DNA of 62,928 nt, the filler included, from Perkinsus chesapeaki ATCC PRA-425 (lineage: Eukaryota > Protista > Perkinsozoa): the NCBI GenBank assembly GCA_013115145.1. It is 14 parts of 14 records of this genome, joined end to end, with 100 filler letters (N's around TTAATTAATTAA, not from the genome) between each part and the next. Parts side by side here need not be neighbours in the genome. Positions count along the whole stretch, not along the records: positions 1 to 16,310 come from JAAPAO010000708.1; positions 16,411 to 22,948 come from JAAPAO010001076.1; 12 more parts are not named here. One strand, given 5' to 3'. Shown piece by piece: positions 11,798 to 21,614 of this stretch. The notes below the pieces were generated by a model, which had not been told where the DNA came from, did not search any database, and worked only from the letters and a program-made list of their open reading frames with translations. A program made the translations under genes and the position numbers. Position 1 is the stretch's first letter, and each line of letters begins with the position of its first letter.

Positions 11798-12823
11798 CTA
11801 TTCCTTCTCTTCATTGGCCTTCTCATTCTTTTCCTCGGACTGCCCTTTCTTTTTTCCGGAAGAATTCCACCCGTACCAACTGTTCCAGTTGCTATAGTGA
11901 TTCCCAGCGGAAGAAGAGTTCCAACGATCATTTCTTCCAAATCTCTTTGGGAAGGTTGACGACCCTCCTACTTTGGTAGGCGGGAGTGAGAAGCCTTCGA
12001 ACCGGCTAAGTGCAGAGTTGAGGGTGTAGTTGACGGGCTGTGGTTTAGATAGGTCACAGTTGAACACTTGGTTAGACTGTACCAGTCCGAGTGCTAGAGT
12101 CGTCATCTTCTCAAGTTCATGACGGGCATTTTGGGTGCCGTTAGTTCCGAAAGACTTGTCGGCCACGTTGCCAGCTATGCTGATAGCCGTCGCACCAGTA
12201 ATGACCCCTGCCTGAGCCAATCTTGCCCCGAAACCTATGGCCGCCATGTTGACTGACGCTAGCGGGAAAACCTCAGTTGTGCCATCAATCGTGACACCTT
12301 TCACGCGGAGCCAAGAGCTAGGAATGTAAGCGTACCATGCTTGATCGAGATAGGACTCGAGGGTACACCAGCGGTGGTGTAAGGGGGCGAGAAGGTGACC
12401 GGGCATAGGGTTATCAGGAGTGGTGGCTGTTTGCCTCTGGTACAGGGGCTGCTTATGATGGTCTTGAGGCTGGCGGACTTGTGGATCGGCAAGGAAATCA
12501 CGGATCTGTGAATCAACGTCTGATAGTGATATATCACTTCTGCGGTTGGGCTTGGCAGACGGAGTCAGAGGAAGGAGGGGCGGAGGTTGCTCCTGTCTGC
12601 CTCGAGGGGAGAGTCCGGACATGTCCTGCAAGGGGGGTAGTTCAGAATCGTCCGAGGAAATAGGAGTAGGGGGCTGCTTTCTTATAGGCTTGGTAGTAGG
12701 AGGCTTCTTAGGTGCCGGTTTCTTCGCCACGGTCTTCTTTCTCATGGGCTTGTTGACCAAGGGTCCGGCGGGCAGAGCTGCCTTGCGTTTCAGAGTAGGA
12801 GATTTAGTTGTCTTGGTAGGCAT
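11798..12823 (-). CDS. Gag-like ORF1 of the YR retrotransposon
   Basis: 341-aa ORF in the first position of the element, with a basic Pro/Lys-rich N-terminus. No CCHC seen; assignment is positional. Confidence 0.75.
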   Translation of the reverse strand: MPTKTTKSPTLKRKAALPAGPLVNKPMRKKTVAKKPAPKKPPTTKPIRKQPPTPISSDDSELPPLQDMSGLSPRGRQEQPPPLLPLTPSAKPNRRSDISLSDVDSQIRDFLADPQVRQPQDHHKQPLYQRQTATTPDNPMPGHLLAPLHHRWCTLESYLDQAWYAYIPSSWLRVKGVTIDGTTEVFPLASVNMAAIGFGARLAQAGVITGATAISIAGNVADKSFGTNGTQNARHELEKMTTLALGLVQSNQVFNCDLSKPQPVNYTLNSALSRFEGFSLPPTKVGGSSTFPKRFGRNDRWNSSSAGNHYSNWNSWYGWNSSGKKKGQSEEKNEKANEEKE

Positions 12824-13126
12824 TGATTAAACCCAGGGGGGAAAAGGAGGGGACTGAGAGGGGGGGCAATCTCCCAAAGTTTCTGAGTGAAGCGAAGAGG
12901 GGGGAAAGGGGGGGCTGAGGCGTGAGCCTCGTAGGCCGAATGGATTGGCGAAATAGCACCGTCAAGCGGCCTAGCCGCATCAGGCAGTGCTACGAACACC
13001 GATCCATGGATGAGGAGGGGGGGGCAAGGTTGCCCCAGGAGCTCAGTGTAAGAGCTGGCCACGGCACATGGCAAGTAATACATGGAAGTATTCCTGAAGT
13101 ATCGTGTGAGCCCAGGCAAGGGGCTG

Positions 13127-13302
13127 GTCGGCACGACCAGGCTTGATACCAAGAGATCTCAGACAGAGACTTCTAACATTCTGTCGATTCTAACAACCGT
13201 ACGCATACGCACCGTGTCATGGATCTGACGTGGCGCTCGGCGAGCGCTGCTTCCCCATCAGAGTGTATGATAGCACAAGCGTTGTCGTGCAGCGCATACA
13301 CT
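13127..13302. repeat. Split direct repeat A1
   Basis: See A2. Confidence 0.95.
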
Positions 13303-13367
13303 AACAAAAATTCCGAAGACTCATTCAAATTTTACATACTGAATGGTAGGATCGAACCTGATATCTT

Positions 13368-14338
13368 GGGTGTATAACGATTGGTACACATAAATTACGT
13401 ACACATGAAACTCGTACACAGAATTTTTGACTTTCGACTGGTACACCAAATTCCCGTACACTCAAATCTCTGATCGACAAAATGTGATACACCAAAAATA
13501 GGTTCAGGGCCAAGTAGTACACAAAAATTCCGTTCATATGAGTGTCGTACACTAAGATTTGGTTCAGTTTGATTTCGTACTCCTCGAACTCGTACACCCG
13601 ATGACTCGTACATTTTTTCGTACGTTTTTTTCAGTTCAGTAGGGAGATTACTAATTTGTCAATGCAAAGGCTGAGCGTTCAGTCCCCAGAGGCGACATAA
13701 CTGGCAAACTTTGTCTGTACGGCGGAGCAATTAGCACTTCTGGGGAGATCAATATTGAGTCAATGCGACATTGAATTTTGTAGTCGGATTGCTCTAGTGG
13801 TATATTATACCATATGTCCATGTCAGATAGCACTTATTAAGTGCTATCTGACATGGACAAGGTTCTAGGTTCGGATCTAACCCGGGGTATTTTCAGTTCA
13901 TGGGAGTGTGAGGATCTGAAAGCCTGGGGTGAGTAAGCTTGGAGTTGGAGCGCCCGCGGAGCCGGGGCGAAAAATTTTAAAAAGCAGTTGATGCGGCCGC
14001 ATCAACTGGCTTTTAAAAGTTTTGGAGTGTACGAGACGAAAGTATACGAGATATGCGTGTACGGAAAAAGTGTGGATTGAGATTTTGGTGTATGAAATGG
14101 GGGTGAACGGAATGAAAGTGTACGAACCTTTAGTGAACTGAATACAAGTGTACCGAGCTTATGGAAACGAGATAATAGTGAACGTACTACTTTTGGTGGT
14201 CGAACTGCCGATGATCTGAATAGGAGCGAACGAGCTGACTGTGTACGTGTTTCAAGCAATCGAGTTGAGTATGAACGTGATTTATGGAGATTGAACATTA
14301 AGTGTACGTGTTTTTTGTGTACCAATCGTTAACATCCC
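13368..14338. mobile_element. Non-autonomous TIR element (MITE-like, 971 bp) with subterminal TCRTACAC arrays
   Basis: TIRs GGGTGTATAACGATTGGTACAC and GTGTACCAATCGTTAACATCCC. 8-bp TSD GATATCTT at 13360-13367 and 14339-14346. CGTACAC motifs on + in the left arm and GTGTACG in the right arm. Confidence 0.9.
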
Positions 14339-14403
14339 GATATCTTAAGTTCGTAAGATGCAAGCGTAGCGCTCTACCTACTCAACTATAGTTAGGTATA
14401 ATA

Positions 14404-14906
14404 CAGGTTAACGTAGTTGACCCAGTTTACTCGGGGATTACCGTCCGGAGCGTGTTACTTGGATATTTATAGTGTGATAGCATGCGCAGCGCCGTGTCAC
14501 CACGCGTTTTTGTGATAACACAATCATTTGTGTTTCGCCCCAATATCAGTGATACCGTATTATGTGGAAGCCGTTCAGACTGGTTGTAGCACGCATGAGA
14601 AGTGCGGCGTGCACTATGGCAGCCATATGTGCTGTTGTTATTGTTATTTCTTTACCCACCCGCCCTAACTAGTGAAGCGTCTCTCCATCAGGCTACTGAT
14701 GCCTCTAACTAGCACCTTAACTATCCAATGCAGTAGGCTATTTTCGGGGCTAGTTCGGGGTCAGTTACCAGACTGGCTGAGCGCTATATACCTCAAAAAT
14801 TGGGAACCCACTGGCTTAACCTAGCCAACCAGCGAACGTTTCGCGGGTCGCGGGTTACAATTGAGGTATTCGACACCCTACCGCTCGGGAGGAAGGACTC
14901 GGGTAA
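14404..14906. repeat. Dispersed structured repeat, copy 1 (others 42421-42887 and partial 44921-45095)
   Basis: Collinear similarity, e.g. gtgaagcgtctctccatcaggctactgatgcctctaactagc and cagttaccagactggctgagcgctatatacc in all three copies. Confidence 0.9.
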
Positions 14907-15864
14907 ACTTATCAGTTTACCTAGTATGGGTGACGCAATAACAGCGACGCTGTCAGTGACAGCCTGTCACCGTGACACCAACTCAAGCCACGTTTAGCAT
15001 TCATGCCTATCCAGCTGGAGGGTGGCGGTTCGATCCTAGTGAGGTGGGTTTTGTGAGTCAGCACCGCTGACTCAGCAGGGATAGGGAGAAAAACTCGAGG
15101 AATCGGGGGTACCCAGTACCCGATGGTGACCGGCAGAAAAATTCTGGGAGCATAGGAGGATCCGAGACAATTTTGTAGGCCCTACAAAACGCTACAATGT
15201 AGGGTTGGAGCCGAGCTCCCCTTATAAGTAATGTAGGAGTTTGAATTTCATTTTTCTAGAGACGATTTGGTTTCATTTTTTTCTTTTCTTTTTTCCCTCC
15301 CAGCCTCCCGGTTTGGAACTTTTGCAACAGGCGATTTCGGTTGATTGTTGTCGGCTTCATATATTGGATCCTGGATCTGTCAGCCATGGTCGAAGTTAGC
15401 GACTTTCACGATACACACGATGTCACGATTTAATGTTTTCGGCTGATAGGGTTCAGGATCGGTAATCGACAATCCAATTGAGAATTGCTGCCCGACTTCT
15501 TGACGAATTAATCACGAATTATTCTGTATTTCACAATTTAGCGTACGGGCTTCGGTTTTCAGGCTTCGGATTCAAGATAATTATTCAGTCATCGAATTGT
15601 AGCTGCGTTTTTGTTGTAAATTATTATGAAAGTGAGGGTTGCACGGAATAAAAGTGCGACATTAGTGTGTATGATCTTCGTGTTGCTCCTGGTCGATCTC
15701 ATAGTAACCCAACACTACCCTCTCAAGTGATAATGACGATAACAATGGAGTGACCAAAGGGAAAAGTTATTCTATTCTAACCATCTAACCTATGTACTTG
15801 CGTGCCCTTTAGCTACAAATGGAAAATGCAAGTAAGTACAAGTAAACAAGTTGGAGTCCGCGCA

Positions 15865-16094
15865 CAGCAACATTCGTGTGTATGAACTTTGTGTGTATGA
15901 AAATTGTGTGTATGACGATAAAGTGTATGAACCTTATGTGTATCCCTTTGTCGTGTATCGTATAACTGTGTATAACCTTGTGGTGTATGAATCGGAGGTG
16001 TACGACAAAAAAGTGTATGAATTTTTTGTGTACGAAGAAAAGTGTATGGTACAAACCTGAACGAAGATTAGGTACATGAAACAGAAACACCCCC
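15865..16094. repeat. Right arm of a related TIR element: about 12 GTGTAYGA motifs at 15-bp period, ending in ...ACACCCCC
   Basis: Directly visible 15-nt periodic motif with variable spacers. Matching left end not identified. Confidence 0.7.
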
Positions 16095-16310
16095 AAAGCT
16101 CGTGAGTTTCGCGAATTTTCTATTATGGAATACGAATTCGTGCGACACTGCTTGCCAATTAACAACGCAGTGATGGTGTCACATCCTCACAGTAACACAA
16201 GGTCGAATGAAACGAATGAAACTCAGTCGACTAAGCTTCTGAAAGGACATCACGCCAATTTGTATCAGGTCGCCTTCTTTTAAAAGCGACGGCCTTCTCG
16301 ATATCCTGGG

Positions 16311-16410
16311 NNNNNNNNNNNNNNNNNNNNNNNNNNNNNNNNNNNNNNNNNNNNTTAATTAATTAANNNNNNNNNNNNNNNNNNNNNNNNNNNNNNNNNN
16401 NNNNNNNNNN
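16311..16410. other. Assembly linker N-TTAATTAATTAA-N (13 such 100-bp linkers in the window, plus a plain N gap at 26097-26189)
   Basis: Identical 12-mer with stops in all six frames, centred in each N run. Confidence 0.97.
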
Positions 16411-17179
16411 AGAGCATCATACTATTTAAAGCTTGCCGTATAATCCTTTTTGCCTCTGGCAATAGCCCCTTCGCCTTGCTTAAAGTCTCTAAGCAAGGCT
16501 GCTTGCCACAGGCAAGGAAATAAAAGCGGTCCGAAAAAAAGCAGTATATCTTCAAGTTAAAGATATACTGATTGTTCCCCAGTCTTCCACTGGAAGACGG
16601 GGCTTTCGATTACTCCTCATGGCCAATGAGGTGGAGCACGAATCGTGCTGCACGATGCTCCACGTTTGCACCAGATGCCGGATGAGAACGGTGCTGCGAA
16701 AGTTCCACCCTTGTATTATACCAATGCTAATATCACGACTATCACGTGAAAGCTCAGTTACAAGAAGGCTTAGGCCGACTTAGTCGCCCAAATTTTTTTA
16801 TTCGGAAGCCTGGTTTTCAGTGTGGTGGAGCCGTCATTTTGTCGCACCGAGTCCAATCAGTAAAGCCTTCCGTGATTAACAGGAGTCCTGTTACAGGACA
16901 AAGACTACGATCATACCGATAGGAGAGGCAAAAAGTCTACTTCGTCCAGTGGAATCTACCGGGTCGTCATCTGATGACGTCCTTAGGTAATCCTACGGTA
17001 GTCCTTAAAATACTGAGGTAGACAAAGACTCGCTCTCACAACTTTCCACTTGTAGTGGAGCCCGTACACGCATGCACAATGGAGCGAGTGGCACCTAATG
17101 TGCTCTACGAATACTGGGGTTTCTGTCGTATCGCACCAGTAGGGCCGGTCGTTATTATTTACCTGTCAACTCAGTTGCG

Positions 17180-17803
17180 ATGAATTATGCCAGTGCCTTC
17201 TCCGACTCGGAGAATCCGAGGACTCGCTCGCTCCCAGGAAGTGCGTTAGCAACTCTGCTCGTTTGCTTCATCTTCGCGACAATGCTTATTATCGTTGCGG
17301 ACCTACCCGATATAATAACCAGGATGATTCTGGTGGTCTCATCTGTTGTCGTTGTCCCGATATTCCTCGCACTATTGCCGATTTGGAGGAGCAGTCCTCC
17401 ACCAGACTCATCATGGTCTGACTGGATGAAGGAACACATCATAGTCACCACTCTTACCTCTGTCAATAACCAGAAAACCATTCTCAATCCAACATGTGCC
17501 ATCTGCCTCACGGATTTCGAGCTGAGCGAGGAAGTAGCCGAACTTCCCTGTGATCATTTATTTCACAGCCAGTGCTTTGGTGCTTGCATTGCCAAAATGA
17601 CGCCCAAAGAGAGATATCATCAATGTCCCGTCTGCCGGTATGAGCTAGGCCCCAGAGTCTTGTCTGCTGCTCAGTGTTTGATGCACCACCTTCAAGGCAG
17701 GCATCGGTCATCCTCAAATCCAGCCATACTGGGCAAATCTAGGTTCGAGCCGTACCACATCGGCTTAGCGCTGCCTGGCTCGCCTTTGTCAGCTATGGTG
17801 TAG
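17180..17803 (+). CDS. Membrane-anchored RING-H2 E3 ubiquitin ligase
   Basis: Two hydrophobic helices followed by C-x2-C...CDHLFH-x2-C...CPVC. Confidence 0.85.
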   Translation: MNYASAFSDSENPRTRSLPGSALATLLVCFIFATMLIIVADLPDIITRMILVVSSVVVVPIFLALLPIWRSSPPPDSSWSDWMKEHIIVTTLTSVNNQKTILNPTCAICLTDFELSEEVAELPCDHLFHSQCFGACIAKMTPKERYHQCPVCRYELGPRVLSAAQCLMHHLQGRHRSSSNPAILGKSRFEPYHIGLALPGSPLSAMV

Positions 17804-18135
17804 AAAAAAAGAGCAAGGAATCCGGTTATCAAGGTACTGAGCTGAATCAACCCGGCCAAGCCCCACACAGATGGGAGCCATCCGCACAGTACTCGTGGCA
17901 GCTAGCTTAAGTGACGTGGTCACACTATCATAAAAGTTGATCCCGTTTGTGCGGGTGGGGGTAGTAACCCACTATGACTCATAGTCTATGAGTCTTTCCA
18001 CATTGGTGTGAGAGTTATCTGTTGTCTACTCTCAACCTTAGATCTTCCCCCGCGTTCCGCAAGACTGGTGTCGCCAGTAACAGGACAGCTTCCGCTTTTA
18101 TTGTTGCGAAAGGTGTTATTCGAACCCTCCACATA

Positions 18136-18549
18136 ATGTCACAATCTCGCATCATCATCTCTGCTCTCTTGTTGGCCTTTATGATGGTGTATGCTCTCGG
18201 TGGCTTCCCTCAAGGGAAGTACATTGGTGGTGAAGTATCTCCCAAACCTTACTTGCGCGTTGAAGGCGATTTCAACGTTAAGACAATCCATTTGTCTGTC
18301 TCTTGCGGGCCGGAGCGTGCTAAATGGGATGCCTGGTTTGATCTCGTAGAGGCGACCCAGAAGGATACGTACAAGCTGAAGGGTTACGTAACCGATCCGA
18401 AATACGAGAAGCTTCTGACCTTTTTGACTGATAACTGCGGACGTGCACAAGGCCAGTCAGGCGATTTGGCCACTTTTTTGGTGCGAAGTGACAGGAGGTC
18501 GATGGTCACCCTTCTTGATTTCGACATCATTACTCTATATAAAGCATGA
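18136..18549 (+). CDS. Small secreted protein, paralog 1
   Basis: Signal peptide MSQSRIIISALLLAFMMVYALG, two Cys, paralog at 19978. Confidence 0.75.
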   Translation: MSQSRIIISALLLAFMMVYALGGFPQGKYIGGEVSPKPYLRVEGDFNVKTIHLSVSCGPERAKWDAWFDLVEATQKDTYKLKGYVTDPKYEKLLTFLTDNCGRAQGQSGDLATFLVRSDRRSMVTLLDFDIITLYKA

Positions 18550-19977
18550 ATGGCAGCCTTTAGTACTACTACTCCGAAGCCTCATACTTTTCCGAACCCC
18601 CATTTAGTGGTGTTTACACCCAGCTACTTGATCAGCCACAACTGCCATCACAAGCATCGAGGCTGAGCGGCAGAACTCGTATCGAGTGCACCTTTGTTGG
18701 TACTGCCTTGCTGATAGGCTCTCTATAGCAGGATGACAAATACAATTTCTTATCAAAAACATGTGAGAATTCGGAGACACTCCACACGTCTCGCATTTTA
18801 CGCAGAAAGCCAGTAACTGGATGTAGCGTGAGAGTCCAAGTTATCTACCAGCGACTAGTATCATACTCATAATATGGCCTCGAGTTCTACAGTGCGGCGC
18901 GCACTCACATCACATCCACCTTAGAAAGGTGAAATAATACACAATCTTCTTTTGCCTTTCATCTTCTCACCCAGGTATTCATGTGACACTGTAATGCTCG
19001 AATCCTCGTCGACGAGGCTCCAAACGATAGTTTCTTCAGTGAAATCCGTGAAACTGAGAAAGTAAAAGTCGGAAACTCACACAGGCTGTAGCTTCGATTG
19101 CTTTCTGATCCAAACAAGAGTCCAGTGTGCTAACAAGGTCAAGTTGACTGAGTTAAATGAAGTGTCCCAGGCTGAGACTCTCAGCCACATAAAATACTAC
19201 CGCAGCTGCTTTATGCTGCTTAGTAGCTTCCGCTTCCCTCAGTTGGGCAATCTTCCGCTTCTTAGCTCCAGTCAAACATTTGCGGTTTTCAGTTATTTTA
19301 TAAAGACGAACAAGGGAGTAGCGGAAGTGCGGTATCGTGTAACCGGTGGGTAATATATCGCTGGTCCACCGATATATTTATTGTATGAACACGATGTATG
19401 AGAATTACATGTATTTTATAAATATCTCTGCAGCATCTTGTGGCTCTAAACCGAGACTTCCCAGTGGCAACTCTAACACTTGGGGGATTTTTGGTTGCTC
19501 ATTAGGAAATGGGAGACACAACGACTAATGCGAGCACAGATATCAAGCACAGCGACTACGACTACCCGAACTATGAATTACTACAGAGTGTTCTTATACA
19601 CGCAAGCGCATCGCCTAAGCTCAGCGCAGGGCGGCCATGGAGCAGCGCATCGCGCCTGTGGGCGAAGGACCTTGCCCGCGAAAAAAGGGATCTCGAATGC
19701 ACGAGCCATCAACAAACAGATAACAACAAAAGACGGGCCACTAGCGAGTCGCTAGTAGCGACTCAACGCGGTAGTTAGAATTCCTGATGTCAAACTCGCT
19801 ATCTTGAGGTCTTTAACAAACAGGAGGGGAAGGGGTAGACAGCAGGCGCAGGGACGTTGTAGGCGTTGTCTGAAGACTTAATTTCGATCTTTGAATAACG
19901 TTTATTACCGTGGATTGATGTAGACATGTCAGCTTGAGTAACCTTATTCGAAAGGTGTTATTCGGACCCTCCACATA

Positions 19978-20403
19978 ATGTCACAATCTCGCATCATCAC
20001 CTCTGCTCTCTTGTTGGCCTTTATGATGGTGTATGCTCTCGGTGGCTTCCCTCAAGGGAGGTACATTGGTGGTGAAGTATCTCCCAAACCTTACTTGCGC
20101 ATTGAAGGCGATTTCCAGGAGTCTGGTCAGATCCATCTCTCCGTCGCATGCGGGCCACAACGTGCTAACTGGGATGCTTGGTTTGATCTTGTGAACGCGG
20201 GTGCTCCTTCTATGTTCAGGCTGAAGGATTACGAGACCGATCCTAAGTATAAGAAGTATTTGAATTTCTTCACTCAAAACTGTGGACGTGGTAGAGGTTA
20301 CGATGGGGATTTAACAGTTTTTATTGTCGCCGCTGCCTGGATATCTGTCACAGTCAATCATAAAGCTATCATTCTCTACGAGAGCAGCAATCAAGTACAG
20401 TGA
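19978..20403 (+). CDS. Small secreted protein, paralog 2
   Basis: First 46 aa differ from paralog 1 at 3 positions; the rest is diverged but keeps both Cys, WDAWFDLV and TDPKY. Confidence 0.75.
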   Translation: MSQSRIITSALLLAFMMVYALGGFPQGRYIGGEVSPKPYLRIEGDFQESGQIHLSVACGPQRANWDAWFDLVNAGAPSMFRLKDYETDPKYKKYLNFFTQNCGRGRGYDGDLTVFIVAAAWISVTVNHKAIILYESSNQVQ

Positions 20404-21000
20404 TATTGCAGTGTTTGCCGCCCCTCCACTCTACCTCGCTGACAACTGGGGCGTAATAGTTTATTCATGGTGCTTCCAAGGTTCGGAGATGCTTCTTTCG
20501 TGCCAGAAGCTGTATCTCCAGTCTGGCTAGTCCTAAAAATCCCGAGATGTATTGGCTGTTTCAAACAACGGACAGCTCTTCCTGCGATTGATTTACCATT
20601 AGGCGAGCTGCAGAAGCACAGCCGCTCTTTGTTATCACTCCTTAATATTTCCACTGCCTCCGCATTGCGTTCGCTCTTGATGGATGCTTCAATTCACCCC
20701 AAATTCGGTTGCTGTTACACCTGGATACCGACTTCGATCAACATGAGCTATACATCCCTATAGCGTTATTTGGCATTGCCACCCTCTGGGCTTGGCAGCA
20801 CCGGCGACCAAACAAGAGTTGTTACAACATTGCTTCGTTCCATTGTCAGACAAGGCTTGTCTGTAACTTCCTCAGCAATGGGCCATCGCCAAATGAGCCC
20901 AGCATGGCCCGTGTCCACCGACCGTATAACAGAAGAGACCAGAACACCACCATCACTCGGAAGACCTATGACGAACGCAACTCTCCGCTCTACGCGCAAA
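20330..21000 (+). pseudogene. Possible degenerate LINE RT-thumb/RNase H remnant
   Basis: Frame-broken peptides PLYLADNWG, RCIGCFKQ..LPAIDLPLGEL and MDASIHPKFG resemble the LINE thumb-to-RNase H region. Confidence 0.3.
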
Positions 21001-21614
21001 AATATGTGAACGCACGATGACTGGGCTGATGGGGCCGGTGTGACGCAAGATGCATTACGTAACTGGTGAAGAGCTAACCTTCTTCATGCTGCGTGAAGAT
21101 CACCTGAGTCTGGTCGGCGACCAATGGTCGCTGATCACTGGTTAATAGAGAGCTGTTTAACAGGCTGCCCATGGTAATTGCCCGCTGCGGGAAGACGACC
21201 AGAGTACTGTAAAACAGTCGCGGGGATCAATGTTGTCGTATGCTGTTACACGTGAATGCATATAGTGATTACAGATGTGTTGAGGGTGATCAGAATTAAC
21301 CGGCAGCATCGGTCATCCTCAAATACAATTATCGCTCAGCCTCGTATTATTTCCCACCCTGTGAATATGTAACACAATTCACTTCCACCCTTGGCAAACA
21401 TGTAACTCGCTACCTGGCCTGGGGAAGGGCCACACTACAGCTTAACTACATTGATACTATCTGGGCCACTCTCCCCAGTACACCCCCACTGATCGTAGCG
21501 AGTCACATGTAGCCTTGGGTGACCTCTGGATCTATGAACCACCCTTGTGGATCCGCATCCTCTGGTCTTATCAACCAGTAGTGATCCACAGCCTTCTCCT
21601 TCCTTGTTCCACTC

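Larger units (their letters stand above)
7338..13302 (-). mobile_element. Full-length tyrosine-recombinase retrotransposon with split direct repeats (Ngaro/PAT-type, A1-gag-RT/RH-YR-B1-A2-B2)
   Basis: A1 13127-13302 matches A2 7573-7748 (176 bp, one mismatch seen). B1 7749-7837 matches B2 7338-7426 (89 bp). TACACT core lies at both ends and at the B1/A2 junction. Three intact, non-overlapping ORFs; no methyltransferase domain seen. Confidence 0.93.

Noticed and set aside
9930-12830. Plus-strand ORFs inside the YR retrotransposon, and similar ones at 21931-22794
   Set aside because: Antisense shadows of long real ORFs.
15851-16060. ORFs with repeated VYE or RT peptides (also 14002-14325, 36422-36727, 37057-37473, 40114-40595, 41083-41301)
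   Set aside because: By-products of GTGTAYGA/TCRTACAC arrays within TIR elements; the 15-bp period, where present, keeps a frame open.
16355-16366. TTAATTAATTAA recurring 13 times
   Set aside because: Always centred in a 100-bp N block; an artificial six-frame-stop linker, not biology.
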